The notes beneath the pieces are model-generated. The model saw nothing but the letters and a program-made list of their open reading frames with translations, was not told where the DNA came from and did no database searches. The position numbers and the translations under genes are program-made. DNA of 64,000 nucleotides from Candidatus Omnitrophica bacterium UBA6249 (GTDB lineage: Bacteria; Omnitrophota; Gorgyraeia; Gygaellales; Profunditerraquicolaceae), in NCBI GenBank assembly GCA_002441305.1, contig DJVT01000009.1:409210-473209 (forward strand). Reading direction: 5' to 3'. Position 1 is the stretch's first letter, and every line of letters begins with the position of its first letter. Below are positions 17,847 to 27,800 of the stretch, piece by piece.

Positions 17847-18084
17847 ATCCGCCTCCTGAAAGAATTGCTTTGATTTCATTTTTATTAAGAACTTTCCCAA
17901 ATGAAACCACCTTACCGTCAATAACCAATCCCGGTGTCATCATAACACCGTACTCGGTGATCTTGTCAATATCCGTAATCTTACCGATCTCGGCTTGAAT
18001 ATTAAGCTCTTTAACAGCCGCCTCAGCGTTCGCTGTTAACTGTTTGCATTTCGGGCAGCCCAGCCCTAAAATCTCTATTTTCAT
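17803..18084 (-). CDS. Small thioredoxin-like protein (CPKC motif) with a Cys-rich C-terminal tail
   Basis: 93 aa. MKIEILGLGCPKCKQL is typical of redox-active disulfide protein 2-like thioredoxins. The tail is GGGCEENNSDSCDCCGN. RBS AAGAGGTGA. Confidence 0.75.
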   Translation of the reverse strand: MKIEILGLGCPKCKQLTANAEAAVKELNIQAEIGKITDIDKITEYGVMMTPGLVIDGKVVSFGKVLNKNEIKAILSGGGCEENNSDSCDCCGN

Positions 18085-18095
18085 TCGTCACCTCT

Positions 18096-18245
18096 TTATT
18101 TAAGAACATTATTTCTTATCGTACCTTCAACCCGTTTCTCCTTTTCATCAGTAATTTCTTCGATCTTCACACAACAACACGAGGGCTTCTTCAGCTTAAA
18201 TAACTTCAAAAACTTCGAAAGTTTCTCCCTTTTTTCTTCTGACAT
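18096..18245 (-). CDS. Unannotated 49-codon micro-ORF with a CCC triad
   Basis: Hand-translated as MSEEKREKLSKFLKLFKLKKPSCCCVKIEEITDEKEKRVEGTIRNNVLK. A strong SD (TAAGGAGGATTACAG-ATG) precedes it. It fills the gap between the permease and thioredoxin-like genes. Below the track size cutoff. Confidence 0.5.
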   Translation of the reverse strand: MSEEKREKLSKFLKLFKLKKPSCCCVKIEEITDEKEKRVEGTIRNNVLK

Positions 18246-18257
18246 CTGTAATCCTCC

Positions 18258-19145
18258 TTATATTAAACTAACCAAAAATCCCGCTAATACCGCTGTCAAA
18301 AACACCACAACCATAAAGATCGCCACTAAACGAACCTTGAAGATACTCGCAAGCATGCTCATTTCAGGTATGCTCATTCCTGCTCCGCCTATTATCAAAG
18401 CGACCACTGCTCCCATGTTCATGCCTTTCTGGATCAAGGCCAATCCAATAGGAATAACTGTCTCTGCCCGGACATATAAAGGGATACCAATAATCGCGGC
18501 CACAGGAATAGCAAGCGGGTTATTGGGTCCAGCTATGCGGGCAACAAAATCATTCGGGACGTACCCGTAAATAAATGCGCCTATGGCAACACCAGCAACA
18601 AGATATAAAAGCACACCGCTGAAATCAGTCCAGGCACCGGTAAAGGCACGTTTCAGTTTTTTGCTGAATGTCAGAAGTTTTTCACGTTCCTGATGGCCTC
18701 CGCTAATTCGGACATTCTTGGCATACTTCGCTAAACCCAATGCTTCTAATAACGAACCAGAGACCACTGCTACAATAAACGTCACCACCCCATATATCAC
18801 GCAGACTTTCCAGCCAAGCAAAGTAAAAAACATACCGAGGATAATTGGATTCAATAAAGGGGAGGCCAGAACAAACGACATAGTAGCGCCAAACGGGACA
18901 TTGGCCCGCAACAACCCAACCGTCATAGGAATTGTCGAACACGAACAAAACGGCGTGATCGCCCCCATCGCGGCTCCGAGGAAATTGCCGAGCCATCCTT
19001 TATGAGAAAGCCAGCATCGAACCTTCTCATCAGATACATACTCAAATATTAATCCCACGACTGTGCTGATACCCAAAAACAGCAGTGTTAATTCGGCTAA
19101 AATAATAATAAAAAACCTCAACGAGTCCACGAAAGTATTCATCAT
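18258..19145 (-). CDS. UPF0718/ArsP-like permease
   Basis: 295 aa polytopic protein with an ITPFCSCSTIP motif. Confidence 0.7.
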   Translation of the reverse strand: MMNTFVDSLRFFIIILAELTLLFLGISTVVGLIFEYVSDEKVRCWLSHKGWLGNFLGAAMGAITPFCSCSTIPMTVGLLRANVPFGATMSFVLASPLLNPIILGMFFTLLGWKVCVIYGVVTFIVAVVSGSLLEALGLAKYAKNVRISGGHQEREKLLTFSKKLKRAFTGAWTDFSGVLLYLVAGVAIGAFIYGYVPNDFVARIAGPNNPLAIPVAAIIGIPLYVRAETVIPIGLALIQKGMNMGAVVALIIGGAGMSIPEMSMLASIFKVRLVAIFMVVVFLTAVLAGFLVSLI

Positions 19146-19174
19146 CTTCTATCCCCCGTCCTCTTCATTATTGA

Positions 19175-20356
19175 TCATTTAACTGCCGCCCCGAAAATCA
19201 TACCGCTGATAGTCGCCATAACGACAACAAGACCGACATAAACAACTGTTTTCTTGGTTCCTATAACCCCACGGATCACGAGCATGTTTGGCAGGCTTAA
19301 TGCCGGGCCCGCAAGTAATAAAGCAAGCGCCGGACCTTTTCCCATCCCCGCTCCTATCAAACCCTGCAATATCGGCACTTCAGTTAAGGTTGCAAAGTAC
19401 ATAAACGCCCCAACTATAGCCGCAAAAATATTTGATAACAGGGAATTGCCTCCGACTGCTTTTGCGATTATGCATGACGGAATCAGCCCTTCATGATCCG
19501 GTCTTCCCAACAACAATCCGGCGATAAGAACACCTGCCAACAAAAGGGGCATGATTTGCTTGGTAAATGTCCACGAACTTTTAGTCCAATCCTTGATTTC
19601 ATCCTTCCTAAACCATTTAAGAAGCATAACTCCTATCATGACAAGAAATCCGGAAGCCAGATACCATTTTGCTGCAAATACAGATGCCCATATCCCTGAA
19701 GAACCTGGGTCTTGTGGTCTTGCCCAGTTCGCAAAGACTAAGAAGCCGATCATAGACGCAAAATAAAGACCATTTTGAAAAAGAGGCCGCTCCTCTTTTA
19801 TTTCTCCGGCAAACAGTTCATCCCCCGTTTTCCGCTCTCTTTCTTCTCTTAAAAATATAAGATGCATCAGCAAGCCTATGACAACACTGAATAATATAGC
19901 GCCGACAGCCCTTGCTGCTCCTAATTGCCAGCCAAGAATACGGGCGGTCATGATAATTGCCAATACATTGATCGCCGGGCCGGAATAAAGAAAAGCTATA
20001 GCAGGCCCTAGACCAGCGCCTCTCTTATATATACCCGAAAATAACGGTAGGACCGTGCACGAGCATACCGCAAGAATCGTCCCGGAAACAGAAGCAACGC
20101 TGTAAGCGAGAATCTTATTTGCCTTTGACCCGAAATATTTGATGACCGATGCCTGGCTAACAAAGACAGATATCGCTCCGGCAATAAAAAAAGCAGGTAT
20201 AAGACAAAGAAAAACATGTTCCCTCGCATACCACCGCACTAAAGCTAATGATTCAAAAACAGGATTTCTGAGAGGCAACAATTCAACCGGCAGGTAAAAA
20301 CATGCTAAAAACGCTGCCAGCATCAGCAAAAACTTTTTTGATTCCTTCATCTTCAT
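19175..20356 (-). CDS. UPF0718/ArsP-like permease (second copy)
   Basis: 393 aa polytopic protein with an ILAVCSCTVLPLF motif. Confidence 0.7.
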   Translation of the reverse strand: MKMKESKKFLLMLAAFLACFYLPVELLPLRNPVFESLALVRWYAREHVFLCLIPAFFIAGAISVFVSQASVIKYFGSKANKILAYSVASVSGTILAVCSCTVLPLFSGIYKRGAGLGPAIAFLYSGPAINVLAIIMTARILGWQLGAARAVGAILFSVVIGLLMHLIFLREERERKTGDELFAGEIKEERPLFQNGLYFASMIGFLVFANWARPQDPGSSGIWASVFAAKWYLASGFLVMIGVMLLKWFRKDEIKDWTKSSWTFTKQIMPLLLAGVLIAGLLLGRPDHEGLIPSCIIAKAVGGNSLLSNIFAAIVGAFMYFATLTEVPILQGLIGAGMGKGPALALLLAGPALSLPNMLVIRGVIGTKKTVVYVGLVVVMATISGMIFGAAVK

Positions 20357-20397
20357 CTCTATATTCCAATCCGGTTATATAATTATTCTAAAAAATA

Positions 20398-20739
20398 TTA
20401 TCTCTTGCAGCAAAGCTTTTTCCGATTAGCCTTCCTCGCCTTCTTCAAATCTTCCTTAATTATTGTTTCATCATTCAGCCAGCTTGATAAAAGCCCAGAC
20501 AGGCTTTTCGCATAGTCATTTCTTGTGCTGATAAAGTAATTCGTCCAAAAACCATCCTGTTCGCTCTCAATAAATCCGGCTTTAGTAATCTTTTTCAACT
20601 GCTTCGACATCGCAGGCTGAGAAACGCCTAGAATATAAGCAAGTTCACAAACACACATCTTTCTCTTTTCCAGCAGCTTCAAAATCCTCACCCTGTTTGT
20701 GTCAGCAAGAGCCTTAAAGACCTTATCTAAAGTTTTCAT
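20398..20739 (-). CDS. arsR: ArsR/SmtB-family metalloregulator
   Basis: 113 aa. LADTNRVRILKLL, a CVCEL metal-binding motif in the HTH region, and a C-terminal KKLCCKR. Confidence 0.9.
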   Translation of the reverse strand: MKTLDKVFKALADTNRVRILKLLEKRKMCVCELAYILGVSQPAMSKQLKKITKAGFIESEQDGFWTNYFISTRNDYAKSLSGLLSSWLNDETIIKEDLKKARKANRKKLCCKR

Positions 20740-20759
20740 TACCCTATCTTTCAGCTAAT

Positions 20760-20809
20760 TAACCAACTGGTTATATAATATATCTTACCATTTTAAACTC
20801 ATATGTCAA
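20760..20809 (-). promoter_or_regulatory. Candidate ars promoter and ArsR operator
   Basis: On the minus strand: TTGACA (20809-20804), 16 nt, TAAGAT (20787-20782). The inverted repeat TAACCA-nn-TGGTTA at 20760-20773 lies between the -10 and the arsR ATG. Confidence 0.4.
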
Positions 20810-20887
20810 CTTATTCCTTAGCATAACCATCTCCACAGCCTTTAATATCAACGGGCATAACATGATAAAATTTTTCCTTATCTTTTC

Positions 20888-21649
20888 TCATCTCTCCGCG
20901 ATAACAAGCATCTCAAAATCTTCAGGAGTTAATTTATCTTTCCTTGAATAAGCCCCGAGCTTGGCTCCAAAAATCTCTATCTTCTTATATCCGAGCGAAT
21001 GGAGCATCCAGGTGATTTCGCTGGGGACATAACAGCGCTCATTGCACTCCAATACTTTTTTGTTTCCCGCGTCGTCTTCGAATTCAACGCGGTTATGGTC
21101 GCGGAAAGTCATCAAATCGAAGGATATGCTTTTGCAAACCGAACCTCCTTCTTTACCCGACGACTCATAAAAATCCTTTACCGAATGGAAGAGCGGAAAC
21201 AATCCGTTCAACGCGGTGAATATAAGCTTCCCGTTATTCTTCAGCGACCTGGTTGCGCTCTTGAGTATTTCAAAGTTCATCTCATCCGTTTCCATCAAAG
21301 AAAAACCGCCCTCGCAGAGCATAATTGCCAGGCCGAAATCGCCTTTAAAGGGAAGGTTTCTTGCGTCATGCTTTTCGAACTCGATCTTCACTCCCTGCTC
21401 TTTTGCTTTCTCTCCCGCCCTCTTAAGCTGTGACTCGGATAGGTCGATCCCCGTTACATGGTATCCTCTTTTTGCCAGCTCGATAGCATGGCGGCCAGTA
21501 CCGCAGCCGATATCCAGGATCTTCACTGACTTATCGCAGCCTATCTCCTGTTCAATAGAATCGCATTCCCCTGATGTGCCGTAGACATAGCACTCCTGGT
21601 CATATTTATGCGCATAATTCTCAAACAATAACTCATACCATTGTTTCAT
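20888..21649 (-). CDS. Class I SAM-dependent methyltransferase
   Basis: 253 aa with motif I ILDIGCGTGRHAIELA. Confidence 0.8.
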   Translation of the reverse strand: MKQWYELLFENYAHKYDQECYVYGTSGECDSIEQEIGCDKSVKILDIGCGTGRHAIELAKRGYHVTGIDLSESQLKRAGEKAKEQGVKIEFEKHDARNLPFKGDFGLAIMLCEGGFSLMETDEMNFEILKSATRSLKNNGKLIFTALNGLFPLFHSVKDFYESSGKEGGSVCKSISFDLMTFRDHNRVEFEDDAGNKKVLECNERCYVPSEITWMLHSLGYKKIEIFGAKLGAYSRKDKLTPEDFEMLVIAER

Positions 21650-21695
21650 TTTTTAATATCTCCATTGCCCGAGGAAAATTCCCCGGGCATCTTTG

Positions 21696-22313
21696 TTATA
21701 TGCGTTTGAATATGTAATTTCTCCAGTTATGTTCATAAAGACTCTTATCCAGATACCCTTCTTTTTTAAACTCAAGGCCCGTCTCTGATACAATAGGAAG
21801 CAAGCGGCTTTTCGAATAACAGTAAACCGTCCTCCTTAAGTTATTCCCCTCTACCTCCAAATTGCTCCAGTCTTGATTAACCCCTTCCCCGTCCTGAACA
21901 ATCATAAGGAAATACCCGCCATTTCTCAGCATATGGGAGAGTTTGCCGATAACAAGCGGCAATTCATGCTGGTTTAAATGTATCAACGATCCGCTGGCAA
22001 ATATGCCGTCGAATTGTCCTAATCCTTCGTCAAGGCTGCGAAAATCCATAACTTCAAATTCGCATTCCGGGCAGCGTTGTTTGGCGATGCGGATACATTC
22101 ACTGCTGTAGTCTATACCAATAGCCTCAGCTCCTGCCGCTTTTAACCTCTTTGTTTCATGCCCCGGTCCGCATCCCAAATCCAATACCCGGGGGTTTTCG
22201 GGCAGCAGGGAAATAAGTTCTTTTATTGTCGGCAGCAGGATATTATTCCCGTACCATTCTCCTGCGGTTTTCCCGGCCGTTAAGTCGTAAAATAATTTTG
22301 TATTATCTTTCAT
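21696..22313 (-). CDS. Class I SAM-dependent methyltransferase
   Basis: 205 aa with motif I VLDLGCGPGHETKRL. Overlaps the SGNH gene stop by 4 nt. Confidence 0.8.
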   Translation of the reverse strand: MKDNTKLFYDLTAGKTAGEWYGNNILLPTIKELISLLPENPRVLDLGCGPGHETKRLKAAGAEAIGIDYSSECIRIAKQRCPECEFEVMDFRSLDEGLGQFDGIFASGSLIHLNQHELPLVIGKLSHMLRNGGYFLMIVQDGEGVNQDWSNLEVEGNNLRRTVYCYSKSRLLPIVSETGLEFKKEGYLDKSLYEHNWRNYIFKRI

Positions 22314-23428
22314 CTGTTTGCAGCACCACCTTCCAGATATCGCTGGCCCGAATCAATAAAATTATGCTTCTTTAACTCATCGAACATTGCCCCGGCGATA
22401 ATCGAATGGCCGAGCTCGTTCGGATGGCAGTCGTCATTGGAATGGCCTCTCAATTGCAAATCCTGGGGAGGGATATTTTCCTTTTTGTAATAAGAATTCA
22501 TATAAAAATAGTTGAAGCCGAAGGACTGGGCGATAGAGGCGAATTTGAAGTCGTTCTCGCTCTCCCGGAAAAAAGAAGGATGTATGCAAATCAGGAAATC
22601 GAACCCGTATTGTTTTTTAAGCTTATCGATTTCCTCAAAGCCCCTGTATATGGATTTCATATCCCCGTATGCGCCGTCATGCAAGCCGTATACTTTCAGC
22701 AGGGCCTCCCTGTCCCTCCTGGCGCTGTGAAAAGAAGATATGAGAAAAAGGTATAGTTTCGACCTGAAAAGGACATCCCTTTCGAACCGGCGTATTAAAG
22801 AATTCCTGTTGTAAATATACCTCTTTATGACATAAGACTGCTGGCGCTCCGAAAGTCCGTCATAACAACTGATGAACATCGGGTCAAGCCCCGGGATCGG
22901 CTCATTGTCGTTAAAAAACATATTCAACACAACGATATCCGGCTTATAAAGGAGCGCCTTTTCCTTCAGCGTCTCCACCTCAGCTTCCAGGTTATACCCG
23001 ACCACGCCAAAATTCATTACCTCATACCTCAAGGGAGATTTGTTCTCCCGCGATTGCTTATTCAGCAAGGCCTCCAGTTTCTCGGAAAAATTTTCCTGCG
23101 GGGCAACGAAGACGCCCTGGGTAATGGAATCGCCCAGCATCGCGATCCTGACCAGGCCCTTTGGTTTTTCCAGGCTAAAATCTGCGTCGCAAAAACCCTG
23201 TTTATTGGTCTTGATCCTGCCCTTTCGCATATCGGGTATATACTCATAGACCATCCCGGGATTTTCTACGAATCTGATATTGTGGCCCGGCCAGCGGATA
23301 AACTCCGGGACAAGGTTAAGCTTGCCTATAATGTACTCTGACAGGCATAAGCCGGTAACGACAGAAAGCAACAAGAGAGCAAACTTTTGTAAAAACTGCT
23401 TTTTCCCTGTATTTATTGGATTAGGCAT
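22310..23428 (-). CDS. Membrane-anchored SGNH/GDSL-family hydrolase or acyltransferase
   Basis: 372 aa. N-terminal TM helix, block I IAMLGDSITQG, and C-terminal DDCHPNELGH (DxxH). Confidence 0.75.
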   Translation of the reverse strand: MPNPINTGKKQFLQKFALLLLSVVTGLCLSEYIIGKLNLVPEFIRWPGHNIRFVENPGMVYEYIPDMRKGRIKTNKQGFCDADFSLEKPKGLVRIAMLGDSITQGVFVAPQENFSEKLEALLNKQSRENKSPLRYEVMNFGVVGYNLEAEVETLKEKALLYKPDIVVLNMFFNDNEPIPGLDPMFISCYDGLSERQQSYVIKRYIYNRNSLIRRFERDVLFRSKLYLFLISSFHSARRDREALLKVYGLHDGAYGDMKSIYRGFEEIDKLKKQYGFDFLICIHPSFFRESENDFKFASIAQSFGFNYFYMNSYYKKENIPPQDLQLRGHSNDDCHPNELGHSIIAGAMFDELKKHNFIDSGQRYLEGGAANR

Positions 23429-23511
23429 CTGGCTGATTAATTTTCTTAAGCTGCGGGCTTATTTATCGATATGCAATTATATCATACAAGAAGTCAGGAG
23501 GCAGGTTTAAA

Positions 23512-24465
23512 TTACCGGTTACTGAAAACCGGGCGGGACAGAAAATACTGGTCCGTAAATTGTTTTTTTAACTCTCCGCCGGCCATACCTGAAAAACTCC
23601 AGTCCTCCTCTTTATCCATATTAAACAGCACGAAAGCTTTTATTTTACGCATAAGCTTTATATCACTCATAGCTTCCCTGATCCATTGGGCCTTATCCCC
23701 TCCCGAGCCTGCAGAACTGAATTCAGAGATCAATACCGGCTTATTCAGGCTTGCCGTAATCTCACTGTAGCGTCCTTCAAAAATCTCCCTGAAACTCATC
23801 CATCTGCTCCAATCCCTTGAATCCCCCCAGTTATATCCGTCTATGCCTACATAATCCACGTACCGGTCTCCCGGATAGTACAGAAGAAAGTTATTGTTTT
23901 CTAAAGGCACGTCTTCGGCGTTAATAGAAAACACCCACCTGACATTACCCGCCCTCTCCTCGTCAAATATCCCCTTAACATATCTGTATATGGCAGTATA
24001 TTTGTCTCTGCCTATCTTAACCCCCGACCAGGGATACCAGTTGCCGTTCATTTCATGCGCGAAGCGTAAAAATACCGGCTGCCCTATATTTTTAAGCCTC
24101 TCCGCAAATCTCCTTAAGTAATCATCCCATCTCCCGCCCAATAAAGCGTCATAATCGATTCCCTGCTTATTTTCCGCGTGCCACGGCTCCAGGGTGATGA
24201 ATAAAATACTGCCTGACGAATAAACATCCCCGATAACCTCCTCGTCAACATAATGCCCCCAATCTACAAAAACCATCAGCAGGTATGGCTGCCTGCCGAA
24301 TTCACTCTTGAATCTGGCAATATCCGGCTTTAACGGCCTGTCCGCCAGGAAAGCGCCTATGAGGCAAGAAGAGGTATTGGTACGCAGTATATTTACGCAA
24401 AAGACTGCCAGTAAAACAGTCAAAGAGGCGCAAAATGCAAAGGTGAAAAAAAAGCTTTTTTTCAT
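23512..24465 (-). CDS. Glycoside hydrolase family 26-like protein, secreted
   Basis: 317 aa with a signal peptide. FLRFAHEMNGNWYPWSG and LISEFSS match the GH26 acid/base and nucleophile regions. Confidence 0.75.
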   Translation of the reverse strand: MKKSFFFTFAFCASLTVLLAVFCVNILRTNTSSCLIGAFLADRPLKPDIARFKSEFGRQPYLLMVFVDWGHYVDEEVIGDVYSSGSILFITLEPWHAENKQGIDYDALLGGRWDDYLRRFAERLKNIGQPVFLRFAHEMNGNWYPWSGVKIGRDKYTAIYRYVKGIFDEERAGNVRWVFSINAEDVPLENNNFLLYYPGDRYVDYVGIDGYNWGDSRDWSRWMSFREIFEGRYSEITASLNKPVLISEFSSAGSGGDKAQWIREAMSDIKLMRKIKAFVLFNMDKEEDWSFSGMAGGELKKQFTDQYFLSRPVFSNR

Positions 24466-24878
24466 ACCTTATCTTTCAAAAAAGGAACATACTGCATATC
24501 CATTATTCTTATATGGTCCAAAAACCAGTCCCCTATTGTCTCCTTTACCATTTGCGCCAGATTGCTGGTTACCCCGTTTCTCTTCGTCTGTTCCTTGATT
24601 GCCACGATATTCTCAAGAAACCTGATATGGGCATTCTTATGGGGTGCATACTTGGAATAATTGTTTTTAAGCATCAAATCCTCTTCCGTGCTCAAATGGT
24701 GTTTGACGCAAGCATCCATCGCTTCCAAAATAAGCAGCATCTCCTGGGTCTCTTTAGCCAGGGCTAACGCCTTAAAAACATTGTTGAAATTTTCAAATAG
24801 CTCATTGTGCTGCCCGTCTATCAAAGCTATCCCTGTAGTTACGCTTATATCCAGCTTGTACAGCTTATACAGGCCCAT
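24462..24878 (-). CDS. Bacteriohemerythrin-type metal-binding protein
   Basis: 138 aa with IDGQHNELF...HLSTEE...HKNAHIRF...WFLDHIRIMD His/Glu/Asp ligand spacing. Its stop overlaps the GH26 start (4 nt). Confidence 0.8.
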   Translation of the reverse strand: MGLYKLYKLDISVTTGIALIDGQHNELFENFNNVFKALALAKETQEMLLILEAMDACVKHHLSTEEDLMLKNNYSKYAPHKNAHIRFLENIVAIKEQTKRNGVTSNLAQMVKETIGDWFLDHIRIMDMQYVPFLKDKV

Positions 24879-24891
24879 CGCGCCCTCCTGT

Positions 24892-27800
24892 TTATTGTTT
24901 TATTACATTCTTCCGCAGTTCAAAAGCGAGCTTCTCCAAAGCGGTTTTAAGGTTATCCAGGGACTTTGCCGCCCCCGAAAGATCCCCGCCTTCGCCGATC
25001 TTCTCGAGAGCGAAAGCCGCCTCGTGCGCAGCCTGGGCGCCGAAATTGGAAACGGCTCCTTTAACAGTATGAGCAATAAACCTTATTCCCGCCGCGTCAT
25101 TCTTTTTAAGCGCCTCATCCAACCCCTGCACCTGCTTGGGGTACTCTAACAGGAATATATTAACTATGCGCTTCAACAGCTCCGGATTATTTGACCCGGC
25201 ATGAGACAACGCCTTCTCCGCATCGAAGGTTTCCGGGGGACTTTTTACTTTCCCTCCCCCTAATACCTTGCTTAGGACTGATGATAGCGCCTGCATCTTC
25301 ACCGGTTTTGAAATATAATCATCCGTTCCTGCCTCAATACACTTTTCACGGTCTCCCTTCAGGGCATGCGCCGTCATGGCAATTATCGGGATATGGCCGG
25401 AGCCTGTCTTCTCCATTTCCCGAATACGCCTTGTGGCTTCAAATCCGTCCATCCGCGGCATCTGCATATCCATCAGGATGCAGTCAAAAGGCCCTTTCTT
25501 GGCCGCCTCTAAAGCCTCGAAGCCGTTTTCAACAATAACCACCTCATGCCCAAGCTGTTTCAGCATATCGGAGGCAACTTCCTTGTTGATGGCATTGTCT
25601 TCCGCCAGTAATATTTTTAACCCTCCCGGGCCATCCCCCGGGCTGCTTTTATGCGCAGCCGGTTCTTCGCCTTTTCCTGCCCCGCCGTCAAAAACCTGCA
25701 TGATACCGTGGAGCAATTCTGAAGGGGTTACCGGTTTAAACATAAAATACCCGATGCCTAATTCGGTAGCGCGGATACGGTCATTTTTCTTCTCACCGCT
25801 GGTAAGCATAATAACCTTGAGCTCTTTCATCCATCCGGAGCGTTTCAGCAAACCGGCGATTTCGAACCCGTCCATCTCCGGTAGATGATAATCCAAAAGA
25901 AGCAGTGAAAATGGCTTGCCCCCGCGCTTGGCCTCCTGGAGGATATCCAGCACGTCCTTGCCGCTTTCCAGCTCTTCAGGCGCCATATTCCAGCCCTTGA
26001 CATACTGTGAAAAAACAAGTCGGTTAGTCGCATTGTCATCGATAATCAAGACGCGCTTGCCGTCCAGGTCAATATTGACCTTATTCCTTTTTGGCGCAAA
26101 TTCTTTATCCAATTTAAACCAGATTCTAAAATGAAACACGCTTCCCGCGCCCGCGCCCGGTAAAACAGGTACAGGAGCGGGGCTTTCTACCCAGATCTCC
26201 CCTCCCATCATCTCTACAAACCGCTTTACGATGGATAGGCCGAGGCCCGTCCCCCCGAATTTACGGGTAGTGGACATATCCGCCTGTTCAAAAGGGGAAA
26301 AAATCTTTTTTTGAGCTTCTTTTGATATTCCTGTTCCCGTATCCCTGACAGAAAAATATACGCAACAAGCCTCATTTTTTATCTCGGCGGGCTCGATCTT
26401 TAGCTCTATCTCCCCTTTTGAGGTAAACTTCAGGGAGTTATTTACCAGGTTAACCAGTATCTGCCTCAACCTGTAAGGATCCCCGGTAAGGTTCTCGGGC
26501 AGGCCGAGAGCGATATTCCAGATAAGCTCTAAATCCTTATCCGCCGCCAAAAAGCCTATATCTTCCCCTATGTCACGAAGTGTTTCGTGGATATTAAAAG
26601 GGATATTTTCCAGCTTGATCTGCCCAGCTTCTATCTTGGAAAAATCAAGGATATCATTGATAATGTTAAGCAGTGCTTCGCCGGATGACTTAATCCTTGA
26701 AACATATTTTCTCTGCGCTTCATCCAGGGCCGTCCCGGAAAGAAGCTCGGTCATCCCGATAACCCCATTCATAGGAGTGCGGATCTCATGGCTCATATTG
26801 GCGAGAAATTCGCTTTTCGTCTTGTTGGCGCTTTCGGCCAACTCCCGGGCGTTCCTTAACTCCAGTTCATTTTGCTTGATGCCTGTAATATCATGCATAA
26901 CCAGGATAAAAAGCGATTCCAGCCTGCCAATAAACAGATTGACCGGAAGAATCGTATTATCCCTGGAAACAACGATGCGCTCGCCTTCGCCTCCAAACTG
27001 CCCATTACCGGATAATTTGTTTTGTTGGGGCAAAACATCGGTATTTAAATCCGTAAATAAGATATTTACCGGCTTATCGAGGATCTCCGCCTCGCTGTAC
27101 CCCAGCATTTTTTCCGCAGCTTTATTAAAAGAAGTAATAGCTCCTTTCGCGCTGACGGTAATTATCGGATTCGGGGCGGTATCGAGAATTGCCTTTATGC
27201 GCGCTTCGCTGTTACGCAGGTTTTGCTCAATTATCTTTCTTCCCCCGATCTCCTCCTCGAGGGAATCTTTGGTAGAAGCCAGGGCCTTGGATCTTTCCCA
27301 GAGCGTATAGGTAAAATAAACTACCGCCATAATCATCAAAGCGAACAACAAGCTTATCAGCAGGACAATCAACGGCATAGGCGAAGAGCCTTCGTTGATA
27401 AAATCCTCCGTAGGGCATATATTGACTAACCAGGACAGATTATGAAAATTCAAATTCCCTTCTACGTGCCACTTCTCGGATGCCTTTCCCCCTTTGCAAA
27501 AGGAAAATATCCTTCTGCCTTCTTCGTATATATCAAGGCAATTCTTCCTGAAAAATTCTTCCGGTATAACCTGCCTGATAAAATCATCTACCTTAAATAC
27601 GGCCGCGATATAGCCGTCGAATTGCCTATTGCGGTAAACCGGGATAAACCCCAAGAAACCTTTTCCCCCCTGGAATAAATCCACGGTCTTGCTGAAAACG
27701 ATCTCCTTTTTCTCCATAGCCGTATTCATGGCTTGGCGCCGGGAATATTCAAGGCCGAGATTGCGGCCTAAGGCGTTTTCGTTCCCTTCATAGGGGACAA

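Noticed and set aside
20888-22313. The two SAM methyltransferases next to the ars island, considered as ArsM arsenite methyltransferases.
   Set aside because: They are generic class I methyltransferases without the conserved ArsM cysteine pattern. They lie upstream of the arsR promoter and are transcriptionally continuous with the polysaccharide operon instead.
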